Positions 52,901-62,911 of a stretch of 64,000 nucleotides of DNA are shown piece by piece. The stretch spans positions 278,479 through 342,478 of the IMG/VR virus record IMGVR_UViG_3300021400_000025. The stretch is one strand, 5' to 3'. The stretch comes from a virus. Its lineage: Duplodnaviria > Heunggongvirae > Uroviricota > Caudoviricetes. Both the position numbers and the translations under genes were made by a program. Numbering within the stretch: position 1 is the stretch's first letter; every line of letters starts with the position of its first letter. The notes under the pieces were generated by a model, which was not told where the DNA came from, did not search any database, and worked only from the letters and a program-made list of their open reading frames with translations.

Positions 52901-54886
52901 ATGAAAAACATTGTCTCCAACAGAAAAAACATGAAACTGGAAGAACTATACGCCAAGTACGATGAAGTTGCTGGGAAGATGAATGTCAGCCCCATAGATC
53001 ATTTCATCTTCGACTTGACAGATGAGAATTCCCAACGATCGCTCAAAGAGACTTTCCCTGGGATTGAGGCTGTTTTGATGCCTGAATCTGGGAAATACCT
53101 TGTCATCTCGCCGATTGTTGAAAACCAAGACTGCTTGTTGCTCATGTTCCCACAACAGACAGATGGAAGTGTGGGTCTATGGGCATACAACACAAGCACC
53201 AAAGGCAGGATTGACCTCATTGACAGTGTGGAATCCCAGCAGAAAGCCACTCTTGACAATTTCACAGACTTTGCAGACATGGAGAAGATCACCAGAAGAT
53301 TCAATGAATTCGCTTTCATGGGATCAAGTGGCGATATCTCTCCCACTGAAGTCAAAGACATTGGTTCATTTGACATTTCAAACGATGAACCTGTGGAGAT
53401 AAACAATACAACTACGGACAACGAGGATAATGAAATGACATTCAAACCAATCCAAAAAGAAAGCCTTGACAGCGAACTCAAGGACACAAAGTGGGTTGAG
53501 ATTCCCAACACCACGGCGCACGGGGTGACTGTGACTGAGGACGATGGTGACGCAGGCGAAGGGACCGATCCATTCGCAGATGGTTCATTGGAGGGTGATG
53601 CACCTGCTGATGCACCAGCTGATGGTGATGAAGCCCCTGCGACAACAGACACCGCCGCCGCGGCAGAGCCAGCACCAGAGGCACCAGCAGAGGAAGCACC
53701 TGCTGAAACCATTGACGACCCCAAGGCGAAGATGCGCGAACTTCTTGCCTACTACACCAACTACATGAACGAGCTGGTTCAGGATCCAAACACCTCAACC
53801 GACCTCATTTCCGCAACACAGGAAATGATTGACTCTCTCATCAAGAACATGGAGAGCGCAGATGGAATAGAGGAAGTCAAGGCTGATCAAGAGGAAGCAG
53901 CCAAGGAGGAAGTGAGCGCAGAGGAAGCACCCCCAGAAGAATCTTCCACTGAAGAGGCTCCTGCAGAAGAAGCACCTGCGGACAACAATGCTGCTCCATC
54001 AGAGGGCGAAACAGCCCCAGCAGAGGAGCCAGTCGCGGAGACCACGCAAGAAAATCCAATCACAGACATTCCAATCCAGGAAGATGTTGACGAAGAGCAG
54101 AAAGCCATCGACGACAAGATTGACGCAGAGGTTGATGATCTCCACAAGGACGATTGGGAGGACATCCAGCCCGCAACTTCCGACAACATCCTCACGCCTG
54201 GCGACATCCAGAACAGCGTTGTGAACGATGTTGACATCAGCAATGTGATGCCAACTCCCGATGAGGAACTTGCGACTGCAACACCTGACGATACAGTTCC
54301 TGCTCCAACGAGCGATGTTCTTGACGACACGGCCCTTCCAACCCCAGATGAAGAGGATGCGTTGTTTGACGATGGCGCAAACGACTTCTCCGTTGGGGCA
54401 GATGGGCTTCCACTTGACACATTCGATGGAGACCTTGACAACCTTGGTCTGGCAACCCCAGCATCCAAGAAGATTCAGTGGTCAAGCGACTACGCAACAA
54501 ATGGCGTTGCCACAACAGACGACAACAATGTGGTTGTTCCAGAAGTCCTCACAGAACTCCAGGACTACTACAAGAAGGTCGCAGACGAGGTGAGCAAGGT
54601 TCCTGGCAAGGAAGATGTTGCCATGAAGCTGCAGAAGATTCAGATCCTCTCCCAGACAATCCAGACAGAGTGGAACAACCTTGTGTCCCAGATTGGGGAT
54701 GTGAGCGCAGATTCCTTCGACCGCAGCATCATGGGAGACCTTGAGAAGGACGAACTTGACCAAGCCCCTGCACTAGACCAAGTTGGCGCAGATGTGATGG
54801 CCGACCAGGAGGCTGAGGAAGAGGACGACCTCAAGATCAACAACGACATCGCAGCATTCTGCGAATCCTTCAAGCACCTTCTCTAA
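52901..54886 (+). CDS. Very acidic Ala/Pro/Glu-rich late protein (prohead core/scaffold-like)
   Basis: TGTAAATA at 52884-52891; EEAPAEE repeats; TAA stop followed by a hairpin. Confidence 0.55.
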   Translation: MKNIVSNRKNMKLEELYAKYDEVAGKMNVSPIDHFIFDLTDENSQRSLKETFPGIEAVLMPESGKYLVISPIVENQDCLLLMFPQQTDGSVGLWAYNTSTKGRIDLIDSVESQQKATLDNFTDFADMEKITRRFNEFAFMGSSGDISPTEVKDIGSFDISNDEPVEINNTTTDNEDNEMTFKPIQKESLDSELKDTKWVEIPNTTAHGVTVTEDDGDAGEGTDPFADGSLEGDAPADAPADGDEAPATTDTAAAAEPAPEAPAEEAPAETIDDPKAKMRELLAYYTNYMNELVQDPNTSTDLISATQEMIDSLIKNMESADGIEEVKADQEEAAKEEVSAEEAPPEESSTEEAPAEEAPADNNAAPSEGETAPAEEPVAETTQENPITDIPIQEDVDEEQKAIDDKIDAEVDDLHKDDWEDIQPATSDNILTPGDIQNSVVNDVDISNVMPTPDEELATATPDDTVPAPTSDVLDDTALPTPDEEDALFDDGANDFSVGADGLPLDTFDGDLDNLGLATPASKKIQWSSDYATNGVATTDDNNVVVPEVLTELQDYYKKVADEVSKVPGKEDVAMKLQKIQILSQTIQTEWNNLVSQIGDVSADSFDRSIMGDLEKDELDQAPALDQVGADVMADQEAEEEDDLKINNDIAAFCESFKHLL

Positions 54887-54912
54887 TCAAGAAGCGCACT
54901 TGAAGATGAACG

Positions 54913-54941
54913 AAAGGTTCTGGTTTTCACCAGAACCTTTT
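54913..54941. terminator. Bidirectional terminator
   Basis: AAAGGTTCTGG-TTTTCA-CCAGAACCTTT between convergent genes. Confidence 0.75.
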
Positions 54942-54962
54942 GCTTTTGTTGGATCTTCTTCA

Positions 54963-55187
54963 TCACTTGGGGTTCACAATCTGCCACACCCCAAACAAGT
55001 TGTTCGTCTTTGTCTGGAACTCCACTCCAACTTTCTGGGAAATCTCTGAGGTGGCTTTTGTCAACCGTGTGACAACAACCTTGTCAATCCCTCCTATGAA
55101 GCCCATCAATCCAAGCGCAATCACCAGAATGATGTTCATTCTCAGGTTGTCCCTCTTCAATTTCTTGATTTCATTTTCAATGTTCAT
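54963..55187 (-). CDS. Small single-TM protein
   Basis: AAGGAG SD; one hydrophobic segment. Confidence 0.55.
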   Translation of the reverse strand: MNIENEIKKLKRDNLRMNIILVIALGLMGFIGGIDKVVVTRLTKATSEISQKVGVEFQTKTNNLFGVWQIVNPK

Positions 55188-57103
55188 TGTCTGTTGTCTC
55201 CTTCTTCCTAGTCACGAACTATGTGCGAAATGTTGTCCTGTTTCCTGATGACAAGCGTCTGGGTGTCGGGCATTGTCTTGAACATCTGCTCAACCTCTCC
55301 TCTATGGGAAATGATGTAGATGTTTGTGTTCTCCTTCTGGGACAATTGGAGAAGAAGCCCAAGCAGCTTCTGGATTGAAACTGAATCCAGCGCCCTGTCC
55401 ACAACTTCGTCGATAATCATGACGTTCATGCTCACATTGAACCTTGACATGAGGAACTTGCGGAACGCCAACTGGCTTGAAATCAACAGCTTCATTCTCT
55501 CGCCGGCAGAACGTAAATCAAGATCAACCTCGTTGTCCCCAGCCATGATGACGTAGTCGTTCATGTCAGACGAAAGGGTGCATGTGAAGTTCACGCACAG
55601 TTCCGAGAGGTTCTGGTTAATCATGGCGTTGATTGACGCGACAACCTTGGATATGATGTTCTTCCTTATGGATTCAGGGGAGACAATGGTCGAACCAACA
55701 GTCAAGAGGCATAGCCTCATTGACTCGTCCTTCAATTCCTTCTCAACCTCGGCAATCTCGTCAAGTGTCTTCTTGTACACAGAATATGATGGAATCTTGT
55801 TCTCGTTCTCAATGGATTCAAGAAGATCGGCAGCCTTGCGTTCAAGATCCTTGATTGACTTCACAAGCTGAACCTTCTGGAACTGTAGATTGCGTTCCTC
55901 AACCTGATTGTCAGACAGTTCGTTCATCTTGGACATTTCCTCAGACTTCAACTTGTCGTCATATGCCTTGACCTTCCCAATCTGACTGGTGCTGTTCTCA
56001 ATCTTCGCCTCCTCCTCGGAAATCCTTGTCTGAAGGCTTTCAATCTCCGAGCGGTATACATCCAGAGAATAGAACTTGTCCACAACCTTCTTGCAGTCGT
56101 CGCAAATCATGCCCAGCACTTCCTTGTGCTTGTTCAGCTCTCGGTTGTGATGCGAAATCGTTGTGTTGTGGTTGTTGATTTCAATGCGGGAATTCGTGAT
56201 GGCATCGTTGCACTGGGATATGACCTCATCCAGTTTCGCCTTGTTCTCCCTTATCTTCGCAAGGGTGGACTCAATCACCTCCCTCTGTTGCTGAAGTTCA
56301 GTGAACCTTGGTTCAAGCCCATTCACCTTCTCCTGAAGCCCCGCCTTCTCTTGGTTGGTCTCAGATATCTGGTCGTTCACACTCGCCTTGTACCGTTCAA
56401 TTTCGTCCTCGCATATCTCCTTTGTCTTGCCAAGTTTCACCTGATTCACCTTCAGATTCTGGAGAATGATGTTCCTTGACTTCAAGTCCTCGGACATCAT
56501 CTTGTACATGTTCGAGTAGACGGTCGTGTCGAACAGCGTCTCTACGAAATCCCTCTTCTGGGAGGCGTTTAATTTGAAGAAATTGTACTTGTCCTCGATT
56601 GAGAGCATGACAAGGCGCTGGTACATCTCGAAGTTCATGAACAGAACATTCTCCTCAATGAACTTCTGGGTGTTCGCCGTGCTTGACTTGGATATGTCCT
56701 TCCACACTCCATCTTCAAGTATGTAGAGCTGAAGGACAACTGCCGCCTTCCCCTTCTGAAGACCACGCACAATCTGCCAGTGCCTTATGTCAGTCTTGGA
56801 CATGACAACATCAACCTCGACCGTCACCGACATCTTGAACCCATCAAGAATGGTGTTCGCATAATCGTTCTTGATGTTCTCGTTGTGGAACTTGCCGTTC
56901 AACTGCCCAAACAAAGCATACATCAGAGCATGGGACCACGCCGACTTTCCCGAACCATTGGATGTGTTCCCAAGTGGGGATTCAGTGTCCTTGTTCTCGC
57001 CCTTTATCAGAACCAAAGGGGAAGTGTTCTCAAAGTCCCATTCCTCGTCCTGGAACGAAAGGAAATTGTGTATGTTTACCTTCTTTATCTTTATCCTAGT
57101 CAT
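55184..57103 (-). CDS. gp46: Recombination endonuclease ATPase subunit, gp46/SbcC/Rad50-like (TAG 55208 near the C-terminus)
   Basis: Walker A NGSGKS, CDDC zinc hook, signature RSAGE, Walker B IIDEV..LD, ISH. Confidence 0.9.
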
Positions 57104-57112
57104 GTCAATTCA

Positions 57113-57143
57113 ATTATACAACTAGATGAAATTATTGTAAATA
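57113..57143. promoter_or_regulatory. Shared element: -35 of a leftward sigma70 promoter is also the rightward late promoter
   Basis: TTTACA-N17-TATAAT (minus) whose -35 is the complement of TGTAAATA (plus). Confidence 0.65.
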
Positions 57144-57152
57144 CTTGTCGAT

Positions 57153-57689
57153 ATGAAATGGCACAGAATATACAATGAATCACAAGGTGGTGGAGAAAGC
57201 AAGTCAATACCGATTGAAGTCTCAACTCGGGAAGTGAAGCTCATCCAGAACTACCTGAACAAGGGAAAGCCATTGAACGACCCATCGAACAAGGAATGCC
57301 AAGAGACCGTGATGAGGATTCTGAACAACATAGTGGAGAACTCGCAGATTGAGAACCTTGACACCTATGTTTCCAATTTCTTCTTCGACAACCTTGGGAT
57401 TGAAGTTGAACTTGACCCCTATGGGGAGAACTCAGCCATTGAACTTGCGAAGAATGGGTTGGTGTCGATAACCAATTGCAAACTTCCCGAACTTCGCCAA
57501 GATGGTGAATATCAAGATCTTGTACAAGGTGGGTTCTGGGATATGGACACTGGAATATTGGAAGAGGGCTTCATCGCAGTTGAAGACTTGAATTCTGTGC
57601 TTGCAGAAATGAACGTGGGAAATGGCATCAAGTCAATCCAGTTGAAGAAAGATGGGAACATTGCCAAGATAATGCTTGATTTTGAATGA
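57153..57689 (+). CDS. Acidic late protein (MKWHRIYNES...)
   Basis: Late promoter 9 nt upstream of the ATG. Confidence 0.65.
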   Translation: MKWHRIYNESQGGGESKSIPIEVSTREVKLIQNYLNKGKPLNDPSNKECQETVMRILNNIVENSQIENLDTYVSNFFFDNLGIEVELDPYGENSAIELAKNGLVSITNCKLPELRQDGEYQDLVQGGFWDMDTGILEEGFIAVEDLNSVLAEMNVGNGIKSIQLKKDGNIAKIMLDFE

Positions 57690-57717
57690 GACAACAAGAA
57701 GAAGGGGAAACTTGAAA

Positions 57718-58191
57718 ATGAAATGGAAGAAATACACTGAGAGCGTGAACGACGCAGCAGACGAATTGGCAGAGGTTGAGGAACCTGTGAAGAACATCAA
57801 GCTTTGGGAAATAACCCCAGACAGCGATGGATATGGTTCACTTGGCTCTGACGCGCAATTTCTCATTGACGAGTACATTGGAGATTTGGCAAGAAGATAC
57901 TACACAAACGGCCACATTCCAGAGGATGAAGAACAAGAAATAAGGGATTCGCTCTATGCTGTATATGCCGAGTTTGAATATTGGCTACCAGCAGACGAGG
58001 AGTACGATGCAGGATATGAAGATGGAAAGATTATGTTCATCATATGCAAGGACGATGGATGCCTATGTGGACTTGACAAGTTCAGTGAAACATATCCAGA
58101 TGAAGTATATGACAAGGTTGAGGAAGAAGCATACAGCTTTGCCGGAGTGACACACGACAAATACTACTGGTGCGTTCCATCAAAAGACTAA
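57718..58191 (+). CDS. Acidic late protein (MKWKKYTES...)
   Basis: AAGGGG SD; shared N-terminal motif. Confidence 0.65.
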   Translation: MKWKKYTESVNDAADELAEVEEPVKNIKLWEITPDSDGYGSLGSDAQFLIDEYIGDLARRYYTNGHIPEDEEQEIRDSLYAVYAEFEYWLPADEEYDAGYEDGKIMFIICKDDGCLCGLDKFSETYPDEVYDKVEEEAYSFAGVTHDKYYWCVPSKD

Positions 58192-58224
58192 ACAATCTAA
58201 ATCAAACAAGGAAGGTAAACTAAA

Positions 58225-58605
58225 ATGACTTCAGAACTATACGCAAACTTCATGGACAATGGGCAGGAAAAAGCCACAAAGTTCATCATATCGGACGAAT
58301 GGTCCCAGGTTGAGGAGATGCTGAGAAGGGACGCAGTGTTCTCCAATCCAAAGTACATCAAGATTGAGGACGTGCCGAAGCAGCTCCCCAACTTGACGCG
58401 GTTTTTGAGGGACAGAGCATGTCTCTCGGTCAGAGTGTTCGATTACGACAAGGCAACCAAGAAGGTTGGAAATGGACTTGCATCCATGATCATCCTAATC
58501 CAGGGAACCTCCAACCAGATAATCACGATGAAGAAGTTGTCCGGTGGATACAAGGACGAAGACTTCATGGCTCAACTCAATCCAGTTCTGGCAAAGGTCA
58601 ACTGA
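58225..58605 (+). CDS. Hypothetical protein
   Basis: AAGGAAGG SD; TGA stop. Confidence 0.65.
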   Translation: MTSELYANFMDNGQEKATKFIISDEWSQVEEMLRRDAVFSNPKYIKIEDVPKQLPNLTRFLRDRACLSVRVFDYDKATKKVGNGLASMIILIQGTSNQIITMKKLSGGYKDEDFMAQLNPVLAKVN

Positions 58606-58626
58606 TATTGAATGTTGATTTAAGGT

Positions 58627-58824
58627 TCAATTCAAGGGAATCCATCTGATTCCAGTGGGCTTGGAAACATCATAATCCAAGTCCTCAACCTATTCCTCGA
58701 CAACAGAACCATGAATCGCCGGCGGCATGGGGTCTCCACATCCACCTGACATTCCAGAAGTTGCAGTCGCCAGTGGATTGACTGGAACAACCACCCCAGT
58801 TGTTCTCTTTGTTCTCCTCTTCAT
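58627..58824 (-). CDS. Small hypothetical protein (65 aa; TAG 58690)
   Basis: ATG 2 nt after the upstream TGA; open only with readthrough. Confidence 0.35.
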
Positions 58825-58826
58825 TT

Positions 58827-60347
58827 TCAGAACTCCATCTTTGTGATGCAGTTGATGAAATCCCCAAATGGTTCAGAATTCTCCAACGCCACAGCTATTG
58901 GCTTCTTCCAGAACTAGTACCATTTCCTCTTCATGGCATATCCTGGATATTTGGCAGACGCAACAAGCCTGTCAAACTTCTTCACCTTGCCAATGACCTT
59001 CACAGGAACTGTTCCAGTCAACGCAATCCCAACCATTATGCAGTTCTTTGATGGTTCATCGCCATTCAAGACAAGTCCAGGCTTCGTGGTGACAATGGCA
59101 TTGGCAACTCCATTCCTTGACAATGTTATCTCCTTCTCCCCACCGAACATCACCAATGTCCCAGGTTCGTATTCCCTGTCAGCCTCCCTGAACTCGGCAA
59201 GATCGGCCCAACGAGAACGTATGGCAGTGCCGTTGATTTCCTTGTCGAATGTGGCCTGCCCAAGGAACCTGGCATTGTGGAAGAACCTGCACTCGCCAAT
59301 GAAGGAGTTGTGCGTCCAGAACCATGCCCTCTCGCCATAATGCCACTCATTGCCACGAACCTTCAGAACGCCATTTTCATTGGGATTCGCCGCACGCTGC
59401 CTTGTCTGGACTTGGCAGCATCCACCCTTCTAGTCCAGGCTCTCCGGATCGTCATACGTGATGTTGCAATCAGATAACTCCCCAGCATCCAGAAAACGCT
59501 CATTATGTTGATCGATGTCAAGGGGATGGATGTCTCTGTCGGCATATCTGTTCTGGTTGTTCATCTTCCAGTTAATCAACGCCCTCACCGCGCAGAACAA
59601 CCATCTCAGACTCATCTTCCTCGACACATAGCCGTTGTGGGAGCCATATTGGATCGCGCCATCCCCCAGCCATTCAGACACTTCAAGATACGAATGCATG
59701 ATGTTGTGGCGCAAAGTCTTCGCAGTCAAATTGAGGAATTCGTCGTCATCCCTCTCAATGTTGGTGTGTTCATCATCAGAAGAAGCATCATAGTCAGTGG
59801 GCATCTCCTCTCCATCACCCACCTGGTTGTCAGCATTGGTGTATCCCACAATCTCCTTGAACTTGAACGTCCTGTCGATGTCCCTGTTCTTGTTGTACGC
59901 ATATTCCTCCCACATCTCCATGCGCCATTTTGGATCCACCCCAGATGGACACCAATCCCACCAGAAATATGCATCGTCAATGTTGCTGCGTCCATACGAC
60001 CATATCAATTGCTTCTGGTATATATCATCCAGATTGGCTATGCGCCTCTATGTGATTGCCTCTTGACTTCCACAATATTGCCCCTTGTTCTGCTCATAGT
60101 AGTCGTCTTTCTCCTCGTCTGTCATGTCATCTGAATTCGGGGCGGTTGAAATCACCGACTCCTTGAACATCGTCTGCTTTTCCTGCTTAGACAACTCCTT
60201 CCAACCAGGCTGCTCCACATCTGGATTCTGCTTGAAGAAATTCTCCAACGCGAAATCCACTATGTCGTTGCCATCGTTCTTGGCGATGAACTTCCTTATC
60301 TGTTCCTCTGGTCCCCACAAGGGAATCTCTGAAATTCGATTAATCAT
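58827..60347 (-). CDS. Tail-fibre-type protein with C-terminal peptidase G2/intramolecular-chaperone-like domain (506 aa; 3 TAGs)
   Basis: TAGs 60048, 59430, 58914; A.RSRWADLAE..YEPGTLV.FGG..EIT..IALTGTVPVKV.G..KFD.LV..PG.A; KWY[Q]FWK; late promoter 60389-60396. Confidence 0.75.
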
Positions 60348-60450
60348 GTCTAATTGCTCTCGTTGAACTGTTTCTCTTCTTCACCCTCTATTTACCATTC
60401 GCGTGGAGGATTCTGTAAATAGATTATGCGAAACAACCTCAAAAAGGTAA

Positions 60451-61488
60451 ATGAAAATGAAATGGAAAAAATGCAATGAAGTCTCAGGTTGGAAACTTGA
60501 GGACGAGGACTTGACGCTTGTGAACACTGAACGCGATGGCGACAAGCTGTACATCGTGAAACTGTGGTGGGGTTCAGGCTATGTGATGGATTGCTACAAC
60601 GCATACGCATTCAACGAAGAGGAGGCTCTGAACTACGTGGTGGCGTACATTGAGAAGGAAGATCCGGGAATCCTTGAAAGGTCAGATGAAGCCGCAGCCA
60701 CATTGAGAACAGAACTTGCCGACGAAAATGGACTTGAAAACTCGTTGGAGGCAGAAGACATTCCCGAATTCCAGGAAACCTTCATGTATGTTGACGCCAC
60801 AATGGAAGGTGCTTCTGACACGCACTACATCTGGGCAGAGAACCTTAAGATTGCCGAATATCCAAAGGAACACGACTATCCAATGGCAAAGGGAATCAAG
60901 AGGGAAAGCAGAAGGAGAAGAACAAGGAGAGTCAATGAATCCAGCAAGCAAATAATGTTGACATGGGACGAGTACAACAAACTGTGCGACATGATTGACA
61001 TGGACTGGAAAAGATGGAACAAGAGAAGAGCTGAAAACATTGAGATTGTGGCTGACCGTGCCTTGGAGCATCTTGGATGGATAACCTCAAAGGACTTCAC
61101 TGGACAATCTCCAAAGGACGTGGAAATTTCGTTCACCATTCCAAGCGCATTGCCTGACGATGAGTTCTCCACAGGAATCCAAAAGAGCATGACCATATAC
61201 GATTTGATTGATGGCATGTTCTGGAACGAAAGCACCAAAATGGATGAAAGCATGAACTGGAATGGCGTATCCGACAAGTTCATAGACAACGACAACATAC
61301 AGTTCACCAGAAAATGCCCATCTTGTGGAAAACCCTACTCCATCACAGTACCCATACGCGATGTGGAGGATGGATGTTCCGCATACGGCAAGGGCGCGAG
61401 TATTCAGGACGCATTCCCCAACTTCAGCCCGGACGAACGAGAGTTCTTCATGTCAGGCATTTGCCCTGATTGTTGGGAGAACATGTGA
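60451..61488 (+). CDS. Multi-module late protein with C-terminal Zn ribbon (CPSC...CPDC)
   Basis: MKWKKCNE N-terminus; internal KRES/VNES/MDES junctions; TGTAAATA at 60414. Confidence 0.65.
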   Translation: MKMKWKKCNEVSGWKLEDEDLTLVNTERDGDKLYIVKLWWGSGYVMDCYNAYAFNEEEALNYVVAYIEKEDPGILERSDEAAATLRTELADENGLENSLEAEDIPEFQETFMYVDATMEGASDTHYIWAENLKIAEYPKEHDYPMAKGIKRESRRRRTRRVNESSKQIMLTWDEYNKLCDMIDMDWKRWNKRRAENIEIVADRALEHLGWITSKDFTGQSPKDVEISFTIPSALPDDEFSTGIQKSMTIYDLIDGMFWNESTKMDESMNWNGVSDKFIDNDNIQFTRKCPSCGKPYSITVPIRDVEDGCSAYGKGASIQDAFPNFSPDEREFFMSGICPDCWENM

Positions 61489-61511
61489 TTTGGCACAACA
61501 ATCCAACAACG

Positions 61512-61548
61512 AAAGAGATGGACACACAACAAAACGTGTCCATCTTTT
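61512..61548 (+). terminator. Intrinsic terminator
   Basis: AGATGGACAC...GTGTCCATCT followed by a T tract. Confidence 0.7.
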
Positions 61549-61772
61549 TGTTATCTTGAAAACTCAGAAAGGGCTATTGCCAATCCAGCCAGATATGCGC
61601 TGACAATCCCATCCGGGAACATGATTGCATATGCACATCCAACCACGCAAGCAGACATGGCGAGGCATGGGCAATCTTCTTTGTCAATCTGAACATCATA
61701 TCCATACGCATCAATTATACAAAAAGACGCACCCAATGGATGCGTCATCTTTGCCCTTCTATCTCCTATCTG

Positions 61773-62870
61773 TCACATATCAAGGGGAGCCAAATCGTAT
61801 TGAATATCCTCCCAAACAGAATGGATTTTCTTTTTTGCAGATGTCAACTGTTTGAAATAAAACTCAAATAGTGAATTCATGTCATCAGAACTAATCAATT
61901 CTTCTTTCCACTCGTCAATAAGATTTTGCAACTGTTCATCTATGGCTTCAATCTTGTCCCCAAAATACGCCAGGTCCTTTTCCTAATCATTCATCAAATC
62001 AGATTCGCTGAACTTTCTGCCGAACTTCTTGGTGGATTCCTAGAGATTTTTACCTGATTTTTTGGCTGACTTGCGTTCAACCAATGCTGATGCAGACACT
62101 TCCACTTTCAGTTTAGGGTTTCTAATGTTTACAATAGTGTAACAATATCCATCACAGTCATCATAGTTTTCATCACGTTCAACATTTACGATTTTCCATC
62201 CCTTCTCCGGAAGTCTCTCGTCATCGTCATATTCCCACATCACTTGCCATGCGTCAATATCTACAATTTCACCCACTTTCCATTCAGCCAATGGTTCTTC
62301 ATCGTCATCGTAAGATGGATTATATTTCCCCCCACCCATAATTGCTTCGCTGAACTTTCTGCCGAACTTCTTGGTGGATTCCTTGACCGAACCTTTAGCT
62401 GGCCTTATCCAATCTTCGTACACCCATATACCATTGATGGAATCGTCATCATAATCATCGTCCATGTCTAAATTTGTTATGTAGTATCTATGACCTGGAC
62501 GAATCTTACCAGATGCTTCTCTTCCCTCAACTGACTTAGCTTGCTCAATTATCCATCCATCTTCTGGAATGTCATCCAGAGAATATGCGCCTTTCGTGAA
62601 TTTCTCCGGTACGTCATTGTAGTAATTGTAGAACTCCTCGTAGAATTCCTTGGTGAGACTGACCTTCTCGCCAATGTCGAACTTTGGACGCCATTTCTTT
62701 TCAATGGCATCAAAATCGTCCTTCATCCAGGACTCCCTGAACATCAGCACCTTGCCTTTGTTCGTCTTGAAAAGTCTGCCGGATTCAGAGACATATTCCA
62801 GTTCACCGTATTTGTTCTTGAAGTACCTGGACTTGTTGAACTGCTCTTTAGTTATGTTTAGTTTTTTCAT
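61773..62870 (-). CDS. Multi-module acidic late protein (MKKLNITK...; 2 TAGs)
   Basis: TAGs 62040 and 61983; duplicated ESTKKFGRKFSE linker; late promoter 62894-62901; alternative start 62885. Confidence 0.7.
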
Positions 62871-62911
62871 AGTCAAATTCCTCATTGTATTTCTATTTAC
62901 AAAAATCCACA

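Noticed and set aside
61551-61748. Small membrane-protein ORF
   Set aside because: Its listed start lies inside the terminator, and the ATGs just after the TATAAT are in another frame. It may be a frameshifted remnant; too uncertain to call.
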